From positions 32,798,001 to 32,862,000 of the forward strand of contig NC_045712.1 in NCBI RefSeq assembly GCF_009834535.1: a stretch of 64,000 bases of DNA, written 5' to 3'. This stretch comes from Camelus ferus (Eukaryota). The notes beneath the pieces were generated by a model that was not told the origin of the DNA, ran no database searches, and was given only the letters and a program-made list of their open reading frames with translations. A program made the position numbers and the translations under genes. Positions 52,851 through 64,000 of the stretch are shown here, piece after piece; positions within the stretch are counted from its first letter, which is position 1; the number at the start of each line of letters is the position of its first letter.

Positions 52851-53728
52851 GATTTTTTAGATATTTTAGCTTGATTTTTTTCTTATTAAAGTATAGTTGA
52901 TTTACAATGTTGGTGTTAGTTTCTAGTGTACAGCATAGTGATTCAGTTTTATATATATACTTTTGCATTACAAGCTATTGAGTGTAGTTCTCTGTGCTAT
53001 ACAGTAGCACTTTATAGTTTATCTATTGTGTATATAGTAGTTTGTATCTGCGAATCCTATACTTCCAATTTATCCCCCCCTTTCCCCTTTGCTAATCATA
53101 AGTTTATTTTCTATGTCTGTGAGTCTCTTTTTGTTTTGTAAATGAGTTAATTTGTATCATTTTTTTAGTTTCCACATATAAGTGATATTATATGATATTT
53201 GACTTTCTCTTTCTGGCTTACCTCNNNNNNNNNNNNNNNNNNNNNNNNNNNNNNNNNNNNNNNNNNNNNNNNNNNNNNNNNNNNNNNNNNNNNNNNNNNN
53301 NNNNNNNNNNNNNNNNNNNNNNNNNNNNNNNNNNNNNNNNNNNNNNNNNNNNNNNNNNNNNNNNNNNNNNNNNNNNNNNNNNNNNNNNNNNNNNNNNNNN
53401 NNNNNNNNNNNNNNNNNNNNTCTTTTTGAATTGGAGTTTTCTCCAAATACATGCCCAAGTGTGGGACTGCTGGATCATAGGGTAAGTCTACTTTCCTAGT
53501 GAACCTCTGTACTGTTGTCCACAGTGGCTGCACCCAATTACAGTCCCACCAGCAGTGTAGGAGGGTTCCCTTTTCTCCACACCCTCTCCAGCATTTATTG
53601 TTTGTGGACTTTTTAATGATGGCCATTGTGACTGGTGTGAAGTGATACCTCATTGTAGTTTTGACTTACATTTTGCTGATAATTAACAATGTTGAGCATC
53701 TTTCCATGTGTCTGTTGGCCTTCTGTAT
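52851..53728 (-). mobile_element. 5'-truncated L1 (ORF2 C-terminus + 3'UTR) inserted in ERV1-int; contains N-run 53225-53420
   Basis: Minus [48 protein letters not shown]...[12 protein letters not shown] is L1 ORF2-like; TSD agactggact / agagtggact. Confidence 0.93.
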
Positions 53729-55170
53729 AGAGTGGACTTTTAAAGTCTGTCATTTGCCATTCTGAGGCTAGAAGGCCAACTCCAAGAAAGTCTGCCAGTT
53801 TTCCCCTTCAGTATTTATAAATTTGGGTAAGTTTCTCTTCTTGAGTTTCCTGAATTATTCCAATATTCTTGGCCATGCTAGAAAGTGACATTCCTCCTCA
53901 CTTACAATGCTGAGACCTCTAAAGTCAGATACCAAACTTTTTCTTGTGAGGGCTCCATAAAGGTCAGTCATCTCCCCTTAGATGGGGCTAGCCGTACCTG
54001 ACTAAACAAGTATCATCCTCAAATGTAACATACCAGGCAAGGCTTTGCTTGCATAACCCATATTTCCTGTTACATTTTGGTAAAAAAACAGGGGCAGATT
54101 CTCATTGAATCTATGCAAATAATGATACAGTTATGTACAGTAAGAAATTCAGTAACAGTTTCTGAATTGAGGGTGGGAGAGTCAGTGAAAATCAGGTATC
54201 ATATCAAATGTTTGATTTCAGTTTACGAAAGCAGAACCTACCACATTTGTTACAAGTTACACGTGGCTTAAGAAGGAAGAAAGAGCCTTCTTACCTGTTC
54301 AAAAAAATAGGACCTTAGGCCACATCAACAATATTGCAAACAGATCAGCACAACAATTCCCTCATTAGTTCATTCAATCCTAGGTCATTAATTCTTATTC
54401 CATTTGGACTCCTGAGTTGCAGCCTCATGAAGCTACCTGTTGTTTTGTTTTGTTTTTTAAATACTTCTAGAAATCCTGGTATGGTCTGAAAGTGGTCCTA
54501 ATGATGCCATCCAAGTCTGATACAGCCCTTCTCCTTGGGGCTCTGAGAAGGTCTGTAGCTGATTGCAAAGCCTTCAGGGAAGAGTCAGAGGAAAACGGAG
54601 AGACTTACAGTGGCTGTGGTTAATTTATTACTAGCCATTTCCAAATGTGAACATTCTGGTGAAAGTTCAAACCAAGAGTAATGCAGCTGACAAGGAAATT
54701 TGGTTCCTGTAGCGTGCAAAGCCAGATGACAAAGCCAGTCCTAAGAAAGTCTTCCACAGAGTATCTCCAAGAATAATGATGAAGGCTACTCTCAAAGAAG
54801 AAAGTGGATGCTACCTATCAATTTAAAAATAAAGGGAAATAATTTTTACAGAGGAGAAATGTTGATACATAACATATAATAATCCTGAGACATAATATAC
54901 ATCAGGTACCAATGACATACCAAGAATATGGCAAGAATGTCACCTCATAAGATTAAGTTGGATGCAGGTCCTACATATCTGCCTATTTATAACTCCTTTG
55001 GTAAGGCTGGCGTTTATCCCTAATTGAAATCCATTGTTCTAGAAAATGCTAGATTTAAATAAAAGAAGTGAGGTTGTGTCCAAGTAAGCCACAGAAATAA
55101 TAATGAAAATAAATAATAAACTGAAGTTATTACAATTTAAATAATAACTGAAATTACAGGTAATACTATA

Positions 55171-55366
55171 TGAGGTATTGGCAGATTCTTTCTGTAGAAG
55201 GTCAGTTAGTAAAGCTTTTATGCCGTAAGATCTCCATCAAGTACTGACTACTCCAATTGTAGTGCAAAAGGAACTCAGGCAATATGTAAACAGACTTGTC
55301 TGTGTTCCAATAAAACTTTATTTATAAAAACAAGCAGTGGGCCACTGTTGACTGATGTCTGCCCTA
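55171..55366 (-). mobile_element. MER58A (partly deleted)
   Basis: ttctttctgtagaaggtcagttagtaaa...ttgtagtgcaaaag...gtgttccaataaaactttatttataaaaacaagcagtgggcc. Confidence 0.75.
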
Positions 55367-56799
55367 TGATGCCGTTGCCTGCTGCCATCAGAGAAAGCAT
55401 GAGCAGGAGTGAGAAATAGAAACATACGATGCACAGTGAAGACACGGGAATCTCTCAGAACGTCCCATAAACCATATAATTTCTGATTATTTATATTCAT
55501 AACATTTACCTTGTACCCATTTAATCTAGGGAAGGCTCGCCAGCTCTTTAAAGTTAACTTTTCCCATGCAAGTTGTAAGTAGTAACATAGCAAATGAACC
55601 CAGTTATTTCTAGTTCCTTTCTTCTGTGAGGTGAAAGAACAGGTCTTTGTGATTCCAGACGCCCTCCGTGAAACCTCAGAGATAGTTTTAGGTATAAAAG
55701 ATCACCTGAGAGTTTGATCAGTAATGATCTCATTTGGGGAAAGCATTTTTTTTAATTGTTAGAGGTGATCTGCACTCTTGATTAAGACGTGACACTAAAA
55801 CACAAGAATAAGTATACAAGGTAATACACCTGTACAGAAATTAAGCATTTTTACAAGTGAGGAACCTTTGTTTTCTTAATAATCAAGGGCCTTATAAGGT
55901 TATCATAAAACATAGAAAGTCTTAAATGAAATATTTGTTATCTAGACAGATTACACAGGAAAATTAATTCTTAATGTTGAAGCTTAAGGCATTAATCAGT
56001 AAATGAAAAAAATGTCTATTAAAACTCAAGTAGCTTTATTAATATTTTAACACGTTTTATAGCTTTTTTAGATTCAGGTATTATAAACAAGGGCAAGTAC
56101 ATTTTCTTCTCAAAGTTGTGTCACTCATGCGCTTTGATTTTCTAGAACAAAATGACAGTTTATTTTAGGACAGATCTTAAGAGGTCCCCGAGGTCAGAAC
56201 TAACCGTATACTTAAGTTGTCTTAGTGTGCGCTGTTTTCAGCTTCGCCGTCGTCACCTGAATGATTATACAAGCACTGTAAAAAGGGTTCCCTTTAAATT
56301 TCCAGTGTGGTAAATTGTGATAGTTACAATCTACAAATAAAACCTTCTCCGAGTCCTCAGTAAGTTTTAAGGATGTAAGAGTGCAAAGTGTGTAAAACGT
56401 TTAGGTCTAAAGGAGACAAAAAACAGTAACAACAAAACCCAACTGCCCGCTGTCCTGGAAAAAAACACAGAAGCACATGCATGGCTTTATTTCCCTAAAC
56501 TACCCCTCTAAGTATAATCTCGAACACGTATCTCAATTATAACTTTTAGCCAAAGTGAACAGGCACTGTCACAGAGAAGACTGGAGAGGTGGGTTAGTTG
56601 AAGTCGGCCCGTCGTACACCAGCGTTTCAGCAGACTCACAGAGCTCATGAGCACACCACCTTTCTTCCCCTACACACGCCTTGCATGACTTCTCAAAGCA
56701 AAAAAAAAAAAAAAAGAATATGTTTACACCGTCCACAGATACAGCCTTTAAGTAGGAAGCACACGTACTGAAGCCAGCAGTACAGTATTCTCAGAAATG

Positions 56800-57290
56800 G
56801 TCCAGATATCCACTGGGGAATGACTTCAGCTAGATGAGGATGATTTAATAGCCAGGGAAAGTGATGATGCAGGCTGTGGGGGGTGGAAACTACCAGACAC
56901 ACATTCTTGAGTAGGGGAGAGTCAGTGAGCGCTCAAACACCAGTGGAGCGATTAATTGACCTGAGGAGTCACCTCTTCCATCCATGTCACCAGGAGGGAA
57001 GCAGAGTCCCTGGGCACACATAGAGGTCAGTGAGCAAACGTGGGGTTGGAAGCTGGTGGGAATTTCTTTTTGGTGGCTTCTCTGCGAGATAGAATGCGAA
57101 GTCATCCGATGAGTATGGAGGCTAGGGGTGGAGAGGTCGAGGTTTGAAGGAGAGGGGATGGGTATGAAACTGTCACTAGAGTCGGCACACCTAGGGCTAG
57201 CGATACAATCTTGTGGTTGGGTAGCGTCAGAAACCCACAGGCAGTTGGTCGCGGTGGATTTAAAGTGAGAACAGCCAGCTTGGGGAGCCC
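56800..57290 (-). mobile_element. Possible degenerate L2
   Basis: Purine-rich sequence resembling antisense L2; weak match. Confidence 0.3.
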
Positions 57291-58529
57291 ACGTGGAGAA
57301 TGGCCCCCTTAAACAGGGGGCACGAAAATAAGTGACGCCTGAGGGAATTGCGTTCCGAACGAACTGTCCCCTTTACGCCTCGGTATTCATGCCACGAGGA
57401 TTTCCACCCCTTTAACACGGCTTCTTGGTTGGCTCAGTTGCACTTCCATAAAACAGACTCGCCTGTCGCTGCCCAGTGCCTGCTGCCTGTGTTTTAACCT
57501 TTTGGAAAGAGGAGTTGTCACTCAGTAAGTATGACTCGGCATCCATCTTCCTGAATTGTGAGTTCTTAGCTAACTGCTTTGGGCTTAGGTTTTAAGTCTA
57601 AGATAGTGTAGGATTTTAATGCCGCATGTGGTAGTTATCTCTAGGAATCATTCTTTAAAAATGTGCAGAGTCACTCGTGAATTGTCTACTGAATAAAGAA
57701 TTAGCCAGAATAGAGATGCTTTTCAAAGTAACTTGGACCTCCCCCTGGCACGCCAGTTGACAGGGTAGTTCATTACCAGGAATTTCCAACAGACCTGCTG
57801 ACGCTGGTTGTAGTCTAGTCAGGGAAGCAATTACCCTGCAGATGAAACAACCGGATAGTAGGTTTTTAATCTCTCCACTGTCATAAGGCATTTTCATTTA
57901 TGTTCTTATTTCTATTAAAATACATAGCTATGGCCATGAAACTACTCCTTAGAATTAACTGAGCTGCTATGTAATGGGGGAATTTTTAGTTTTTAGTGAG
58001 TAACTGACCAAAAAAGAAGTAGACCAGAAAAATGCAAGCCAGCTATTGCAAATGGGCCAAAATGGATGGAGTGTGAGATATGCCCAAAAGACTTAGCTTG
58101 GGATTGTGTTTCTTATTTTCGTGATTCAAGTCGTTACATCTGGCCTATCCCATTGTCCCTGTAGAAATCTAAATTTTAGTCTTCCACAGCCTCCAGATAA
58201 TCCCCAAGGCCACATGTTCTTAGAGGTGAAGGATTTTTGCTTTTGTTTTTCAGTTTTTCCTGTAGTCATCACACTGTGCGCCGGAGGGGAAGATTATAAC
58301 CAACAGGATGTAGTTAGCTAAAACACTACTCGGGCCAGCCTGGTCTGAAGAACTGAAAAATCCCTAAATATCAATAAAAGATATTTAATATACAATAATA
58401 GTTTTCTGTTCCCTAGACATAGCTGAGCCAACAGAGTACTGTCAACCCTCAAATATTTAGATAGCTTTGAATGCAAAGCAGTCTTAGAGGATGTGTAGAA
58501 AGGACGTGTGCATTTCCTCATGGATCTTA

Positions 58530-58700
58530 TTCAGTTGAATTCTACAATGTGCATGTTACTTAAGCCTGTGGATATTTCTCATCCATCAGATAGAGATGCC
58601 CGTAGTACTTATCTTCTCAGATTGTTGTGAAGATAAATGAATTAATCCACCGAATTCCTGGGAACAGTGCCTGGCCGATAGTGAATGCTGGTAATCCTGA
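58530..58700 (+). mobile_element. MIR
   Basis: ttctcatccatcagatagagat...gattgttgtgaagataaatgaattaat...gaacagtgcctggccgatagtgaatgct. Confidence 0.7.
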
Positions 58701-58859
58701 TAGGAAACCATTGCCTTAGTGTCTCGGGGGGCTCTGATTTGGTCCAGAAGGGCAGGTGTGAGAACAGTGAACTGTGTTATATAGATGAATGAGCTGTGTG
58801 TGGTGGGAGGAAACATGGGGGTGCAGAAAGCCTTCTGGGAAAATCATTTCTGTCATGTG

Positions 58860-59460
58860 AATCTGCAATCCCTCTGGTCCGTCTTTGCCCACTGCCTTCA
58901 CCTGAATCTCAGCCACCATCCTTCCCCGTTACTGATGGCCTCTAGACGGGGTTCTCTACTTCCGTCCTCACAGCCGTCCTCTGTTTTTTTAGTGTAAGGG
59001 ATTATGTTTTCACCCAGTTAAATATTTCTAGTGGCTTCCCATTGCACCCACTATTCTTTGTAGAAAGTCTAGAATTTCAGGACAACAAGGACCCATGTAA
59101 TGTGGTCCTCGCCTCTTCGGTAACCAAGCTCATCCACTGTGCTGTCACGGCCTGCACTCCCTGCCTCCCCAAGCTTTCTCTTCCCACTCCTGGAACACGT
59201 GACGCCAACTCCCTGCTACACTGTGACTACTTCTGTGCTGCCTCGTGGTCAGCACAGCATCCTCTTTCTTCAGTGTTTCTCACCCCCGGGTCTAAACACA
59301 AAGGCCACCTCCTCAGATAAGCCCTCCGTGACTGTGCTGTGGAGTGTGGCTCTGCTTCGTCCACGGCCACTGCCTCCCGGTCACCGCAGATCGCATTGTT
59401 CTGTGTAGTTCTCTCCCCTGGACTCATCAGTGGATGAAATGGGGTTTGCTCGTGTGAACT
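58860..59460 (+). mobile_element. L2
   Basis: ctagtggcttcccattgcac...ctcctggaacacg...gccacctcctcagataagccctcc. Confidence 0.7.
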
Positions 59461-60529
59461 GTGTGACCACCTGATTCAATTACCGACTCTAGAATAGGCC
59501 CATTCTAAAGATCCTAGCTCGGGAGACTGATGTATAAAAACTGAAATAGCAGACCGTTAGTTTGCAGAGTCAAACAGGACTGTCACTGAAACCAGCATAT
59601 CCAGTTCAGCAAGACCAGTAGGTTCTTTTTCCTATGATCGAGCACATAACGTGGGAGTCAAATGGATGAATGGGCTTAACCTAGTGAGTTAACCTAGTAA
59701 CTCTCCCTACTCAGCATGGATGCTCTTGCCAAGAGAACAGGACGTATTGGCACCTGGCTCTTAGATGGCGCCTCGTCTAAGTTTGCCTGGCAGAACCACC
59801 CCACCCCCACCCCCACCCCCGTTACTTCTGCGTTCTTCCTGGAGGTCTTTTGGCCTTGCACTGTCTTTAGCCTTAGTCTTCTGGGCTTGGGCCACTGTCT
59901 TTATGGTTACTTTGCATATACTGATCCCCCCTTGTGGACTTAAAGATTAAAGAGAAGCATCTTATTTTCAGGGATAGTAGTGAGAGAGGACTCTACGTAA
60001 CCCCACATACTGGTTCCAGGAACAGTGGACTCTACAAAAACATTAAGAAGCTCTAGGCAGGTTTTGAGAAGGCAGGTGTTGTGGCTGAACCTGTAACTTA
60101 TTTGAGCGGTGGTGGTGGAGAGGGACAGAAATTAATGTCTGTTGATTGTCTACAGTGGGCCCAAGGTATGACCACCACCTTTGGGATCCTTTCTACTATC
60201 ATGTGTGGTAAAAGGGTTGTTTGCATTTGACAGACGAGGCAGTGGTGCCTTAGGGAGGTGTTGCAAAGTTGCAAAGCAGGATTAGGGGACAGGTCTGCGT
60301 GGAAGGCCTTTCTCAACCCTAATACTGCTGTTGGAGTCACATCAAACATACTGAAAAGTCAGCCAAGAGAATATAGGCATTAGAGAGAGGCCAGAGGGAA
60401 ACAAGCAAAATGTCAGACCTACCAGAGCCGGAAGGGGTCTTCAGGATTCCTGGATGGGGCCTGCCAACAGCTGGAAATGGAAACTGGAGGCCAAAGAACT
60501 CGGTAGCTATGTCCTTACTCATTAATGTT

Positions 60530-60680
60530 GACCCTTGGACCAAAGCCTTGGCATCACCTGGAAGCCTTATAGAAATGCAGGCTCTCAGGCCGGACCCAGA
60601 CTCGCTGAATCAGAATCTGCATGATAAAAAGATGCCCAGGTGACCCGCACGTGCCTGTCACGGGAGGGAAAGCACAGTGC
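60530..60680. mobile_element. MER5B-like MITE
   Basis: ggcatcacctggaagccttatagaaatgcaggctctcaggcc...gctgaatcagaatctgcat...aagatgcccaggtga. Confidence 0.7.
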
Positions 60681-61019
60681 TGTGCCGCCCAGGTTGCACA
60701 GCCTGGAGGTGTGCAACATAGACATGAATTTGGACTGGGAGCCTACAGAATCAGATATCATACTTTTTAAAAACTGTGGACAATACTTTTAAAGATAGTC
60801 ACAGTTCTCATGAAGAATATTACAGGAACAGCTTTGGACTAAAAGCAAAAAACCTGGAATTTTGATCCTAATGTTTCTTTGAAGTCCCTTGACTTCTCTT
60901 AGCTTCACTCCTTTTACCCGTGTGGCTTTGCTAGATGCTTTCTTATACTCTTCTGAGAGTCTTGGATTATAATTCTATATTCATGGTATTAATAGTACAG
61001 GCTGATAGAATGGTTAGAG

Positions 61020-61240
61020 GGTAGCTTAGCAGTAAAAAGCCTGGACTCCAGAGCCAGACTTCAAAGTCCCTACTATGTGCTCCCCACTGTGGGGTTATAT
61101 GCCCTCAGTCAGGCTTCTTGAAGCTCTCTGCACCTCACTGTTTTCATTTGTAAAATGGCATGCAAACAATAGCTACTTTCTCGAGTTTGTTTTCAGAATT
61201 TAATTGTGCTATGTTTATAAAATGTTTAAAACCATTGGGA
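61020..61240 (+). mobile_element. MIR
   Basis: gcagtaaaaagcctggactccagagccagac...ctctctgcacctcactgttttcatttgtaaaatgg. Confidence 0.7.
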
Positions 61241-61567
61241 AATATAAATTTCATATGCCAGGCCCTGGGCTGGGATGTGCAGAAGTTGAAACAAACCCCT
61301 GCTTTGCAGGAGGGAACTCTGAGCTGAAATGCCTTAGAACGGTTGGAATGAGGTTTGATCTGGATTTAGAGAAAGTAGCCAAGTTCAAGAGGATCACTGA
61401 AAAAAACTAAGCTGTAGCTCAGGGAGGAAATGGGATATATTTAACTTGGAGAAGCTAAAGAGACATAATAGCTTTTTTAAAATAGACAGTGGGTTGTCAT
61501 GGAGCGGAGCCTCAGACTTGGTCCTGCATCAAAGGGCAGAATTAAGATGAGGCTGGAAGGGATTTCA

Positions 61568-61611
61568 GATGGATGACTACTAAAGATCTGATGGATGACT
61601 ACTAAAGATCT
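61568..61611 (+). repeat. Perfect 22-bp tandem duplication (gatggatgactactaaagatct x2)
   Basis: Seen directly. Confidence 0.95.
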
Positions 61612-63773
61612 GGGAAATAGTTGTTCAGATTTGTTAATAGCTGGGAAGACTTGGATTTAGAGGAGAGAATGCAGTTTATTTGGGTACCAAGGAAGAATTC
61701 TTAAGGACGGCTTCAGGAGAACTATATGAATTTGAATGAGTTTTTGGAGAGGACCAATTAGATTCAGTAAGAGACCCATTGCTTATCTTTAAGGAAGCAG
61801 AATTTCATTTCTTTCAAAATATGCACAGTAACTTGAACCAATTACTCTTGCAGAGTAAATTAATGAGCTGCTTTAATGAACAGATAATACGAACATGTAA
61901 TTATCAGCATTATGAATATATAATTAGTGTTTCTAAGTCTTTTTAACATATTTACGTGATGTACAGCCCTTAAAAACAATCTCCCAATGGATTTACCCTT
62001 TCAGTTTGCCTAGGAAATACTTTTTCTCAGCTCAGTTAAGTTCTGCCTGTTTTGCTTAGTCAGAATGAACGTGGATTTGCGATCAGTGACTACTGGATGA
62101 GTGAGATTTTGCTTAGATCGTAAAGGTGTTTGACTATGTGATCAATAAAAGATTTGCCGCCACTGTTTTCCTCCAACTGCTAGACAGCACTTAGCTTATG
62201 CATTTGGCATTTCAACCACAGCATACGTATGTCAGGCATATTTCAACAGAGTTCAATTATAGCTGACAAAACATTTGTAAAGGCAGCTAGATTTCAGCCC
62301 AGATGGTGACTGGGCATTTGATGAACACTCTAAATATGTGGCATTATTCATCCCTGACACTCAGGAAATAAACAGAAGGCCATCATTTCTCCCAGGGCAA
62401 GGAAGTGGAAAAGAAAATGTTCACATCTTCCCAGTGTGCAGAGAGAGTTGCCACTTTACCCGAGGAGCTGCAGAATGTTTGCTTTTTCCTTTAACAAGGG
62501 AGAACATGTTTCAGAATTCTCCCAAATACACATGGCCCGTGACTGGGGAGGTGAATGATCCCAGCCTGAATTTCTTTCCTAAGGCCCCTTCTGAAGCGGC
62601 TTGAGGGGGCAGCATTACCTACGCTAACTCGGATGGTGCTCGGTCTCAGCTTGGAACATCAAGACCCCCTGTGCTGGTATTTTGATTGATCTACACACGT
62701 ACCTCTGCTTCAGTCCTGGCACAGGGAAAGTCTGGGAAAACTTATCTTTTAGGTTAGATGTTCTAATAATATTACTATTTAACTTGTGGAAAAACCATAA
62801 TTAAAAAAAGATCAACTAGTTGATTAATTTAAGGAAAGCGCTGAACCGTACAAGGACTTCGCAAAGATTTTTCATGAAATGAACACATCCAGATAACTGG
62901 GGCCTCAAGTTAGTCATCATGACATCAGTGGCATTCAAAAGTCCCCTTGGCCCCCTGCCTCCCCGTCACTCACTCCTTAGTAGGTGTGGCGTGACGGCAG
63001 AAACTGAAGGAGCCAGTGGAAACTGAGAGCCCAGAATTTGCCATCTTGGCCCAGTCCTTAGATGGGATTTGGAGTAAATGGCCAAGTTCAAGAGGAGTAT
63101 CTTTTCTACTCTTCTACTTCCAACTTTTTATATCCTGATATGCAATGTATATGGCTGGGCTTTAGTCTATAGTCTAATTGGCCAAGCTTCATCTTTTACT
63201 TTGAGTTTGCCATTCTTGATTAGCCAAAGGAAAGTAAGAAAGGAACAGAAAAAAATATGACTTTTCTCCTGTCCTTCCCCTGCATGAACCTGTTATCCAC
63301 GGTTTTAGTCCCCCACCCCCACTCCAGTTACAACAGGCCTCTTGAATTCAATTCTAATAGGAATCACTACTTTGACCAGTTTTTTTCCTGATGATGCTGA
63401 TACCTTAGAAGAGTAATTTCATTAATTCCCTTCTCTCCTTGCACGTCCCTGGGGTCGCGCATTTTACTCCCCCAAAGTCAGTATTATTGTTTAACAGACG
63501 TAAGATTCATGTATTCCTACCCTCTTATTTGTTCTCTCTGACCCTTTATTTCTTTTTAGATCTCTGAACTGTGATCTGAACCCAGTTTTGCCTCTGTCTG
63601 TGTCATCCCCAGTGGGCAGTTCGTGTTTGCTTTGAAATTTCAGTTCCCCTTTAAAGAGAACACTTTATGGTGCTTGACTTACATTGCCATGGTCAGCCGT
63701 AGTTTTTCTCCTTCAAAGTGATACGTCTTTTTGTCTTTCCTGCCTGTTTTCAGGATTTCCTCTCAGTCTTTAT

Positions 63774-63812
63774 CGTGTGTGCGTGTGTGTGCGTGCGCGC
63801 GCGTGTGTGTAT
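63774..63812. repeat. Alternating purine/pyrimidine tract (GT/GC mix)
   Basis: cgtgtgtgcgtgtgtgtgcgtgcgcgcgcgtgtgtgtat. Confidence 0.9.
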
Positions 63813-64000
63813 CCATCCAGCCATAGAGTTTGGTAGCACTTTCAAGATCTGTTACTGTCTTTTATAATGTTTTATCTATTTTATCCATTTTCAGCCATTA
63901 TCTACTTAATTTTATGTCTTCCTTATTCTCCATTTAAATTTATACAGAGATTCTAAATTTAAGTAACTTAGACTGTTTTAATGCTTCCATTATTTTCCAT

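Larger units (their letters stand above)
52690..56690 (-). mobile_element. ERV1 internal fragment (MER4-group/MER34-int-like non-coding region); no LTR recognised; interrupted by L1 and by a MER58A-containing block
   Basis: gctggaactattcataaggaatc...agaaagtgacattc...gcagattctcattgaatctatgcaaataat...attagttcattcaatccta...gcagctgacaaggaaatttggtt...gggttccctttaaatttccag. Confidence 0.7.

Overview
Mammalian intronic DNA containing one internal coding exon of the metabotropic glutamate receptor 7 gene (GRM7, + strand, 25800-26735). The exon is 936 nt, phase 0/0, and encodes the cysteine-rich domain plus TM1-TM6; it corresponds to human exon 8 as I recall the gene. No other exon is visible, consistent with GRM7's very large introns. 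The rest is eutherian interspersed repeat (L2, MIR, MER5/MER58/MER91/Zaphod-type hAT elements, MLT1, MER21, MER74, ERV1 pieces, truncated L1s). Two tRNA-derived SINEs resembling camelid Vic-1, with no Alu, Bov-A/BovB, PRE-1 or SINEC, point to a camelid. Six N-runs of 129-196 nt appear to be length-exact masks. I found no convincing new gene or multi-component system. The leads are modest: a 106-bp direct duplication near the donor, CpG-gain patches inside old repeats, an RE1-like site, non-B-DNA motifs, and lost polyA signals in sense-oriented LTRs. Repeat family names come from recalled consensus sequences, not a database search, and most repeat boundaries are approximate.
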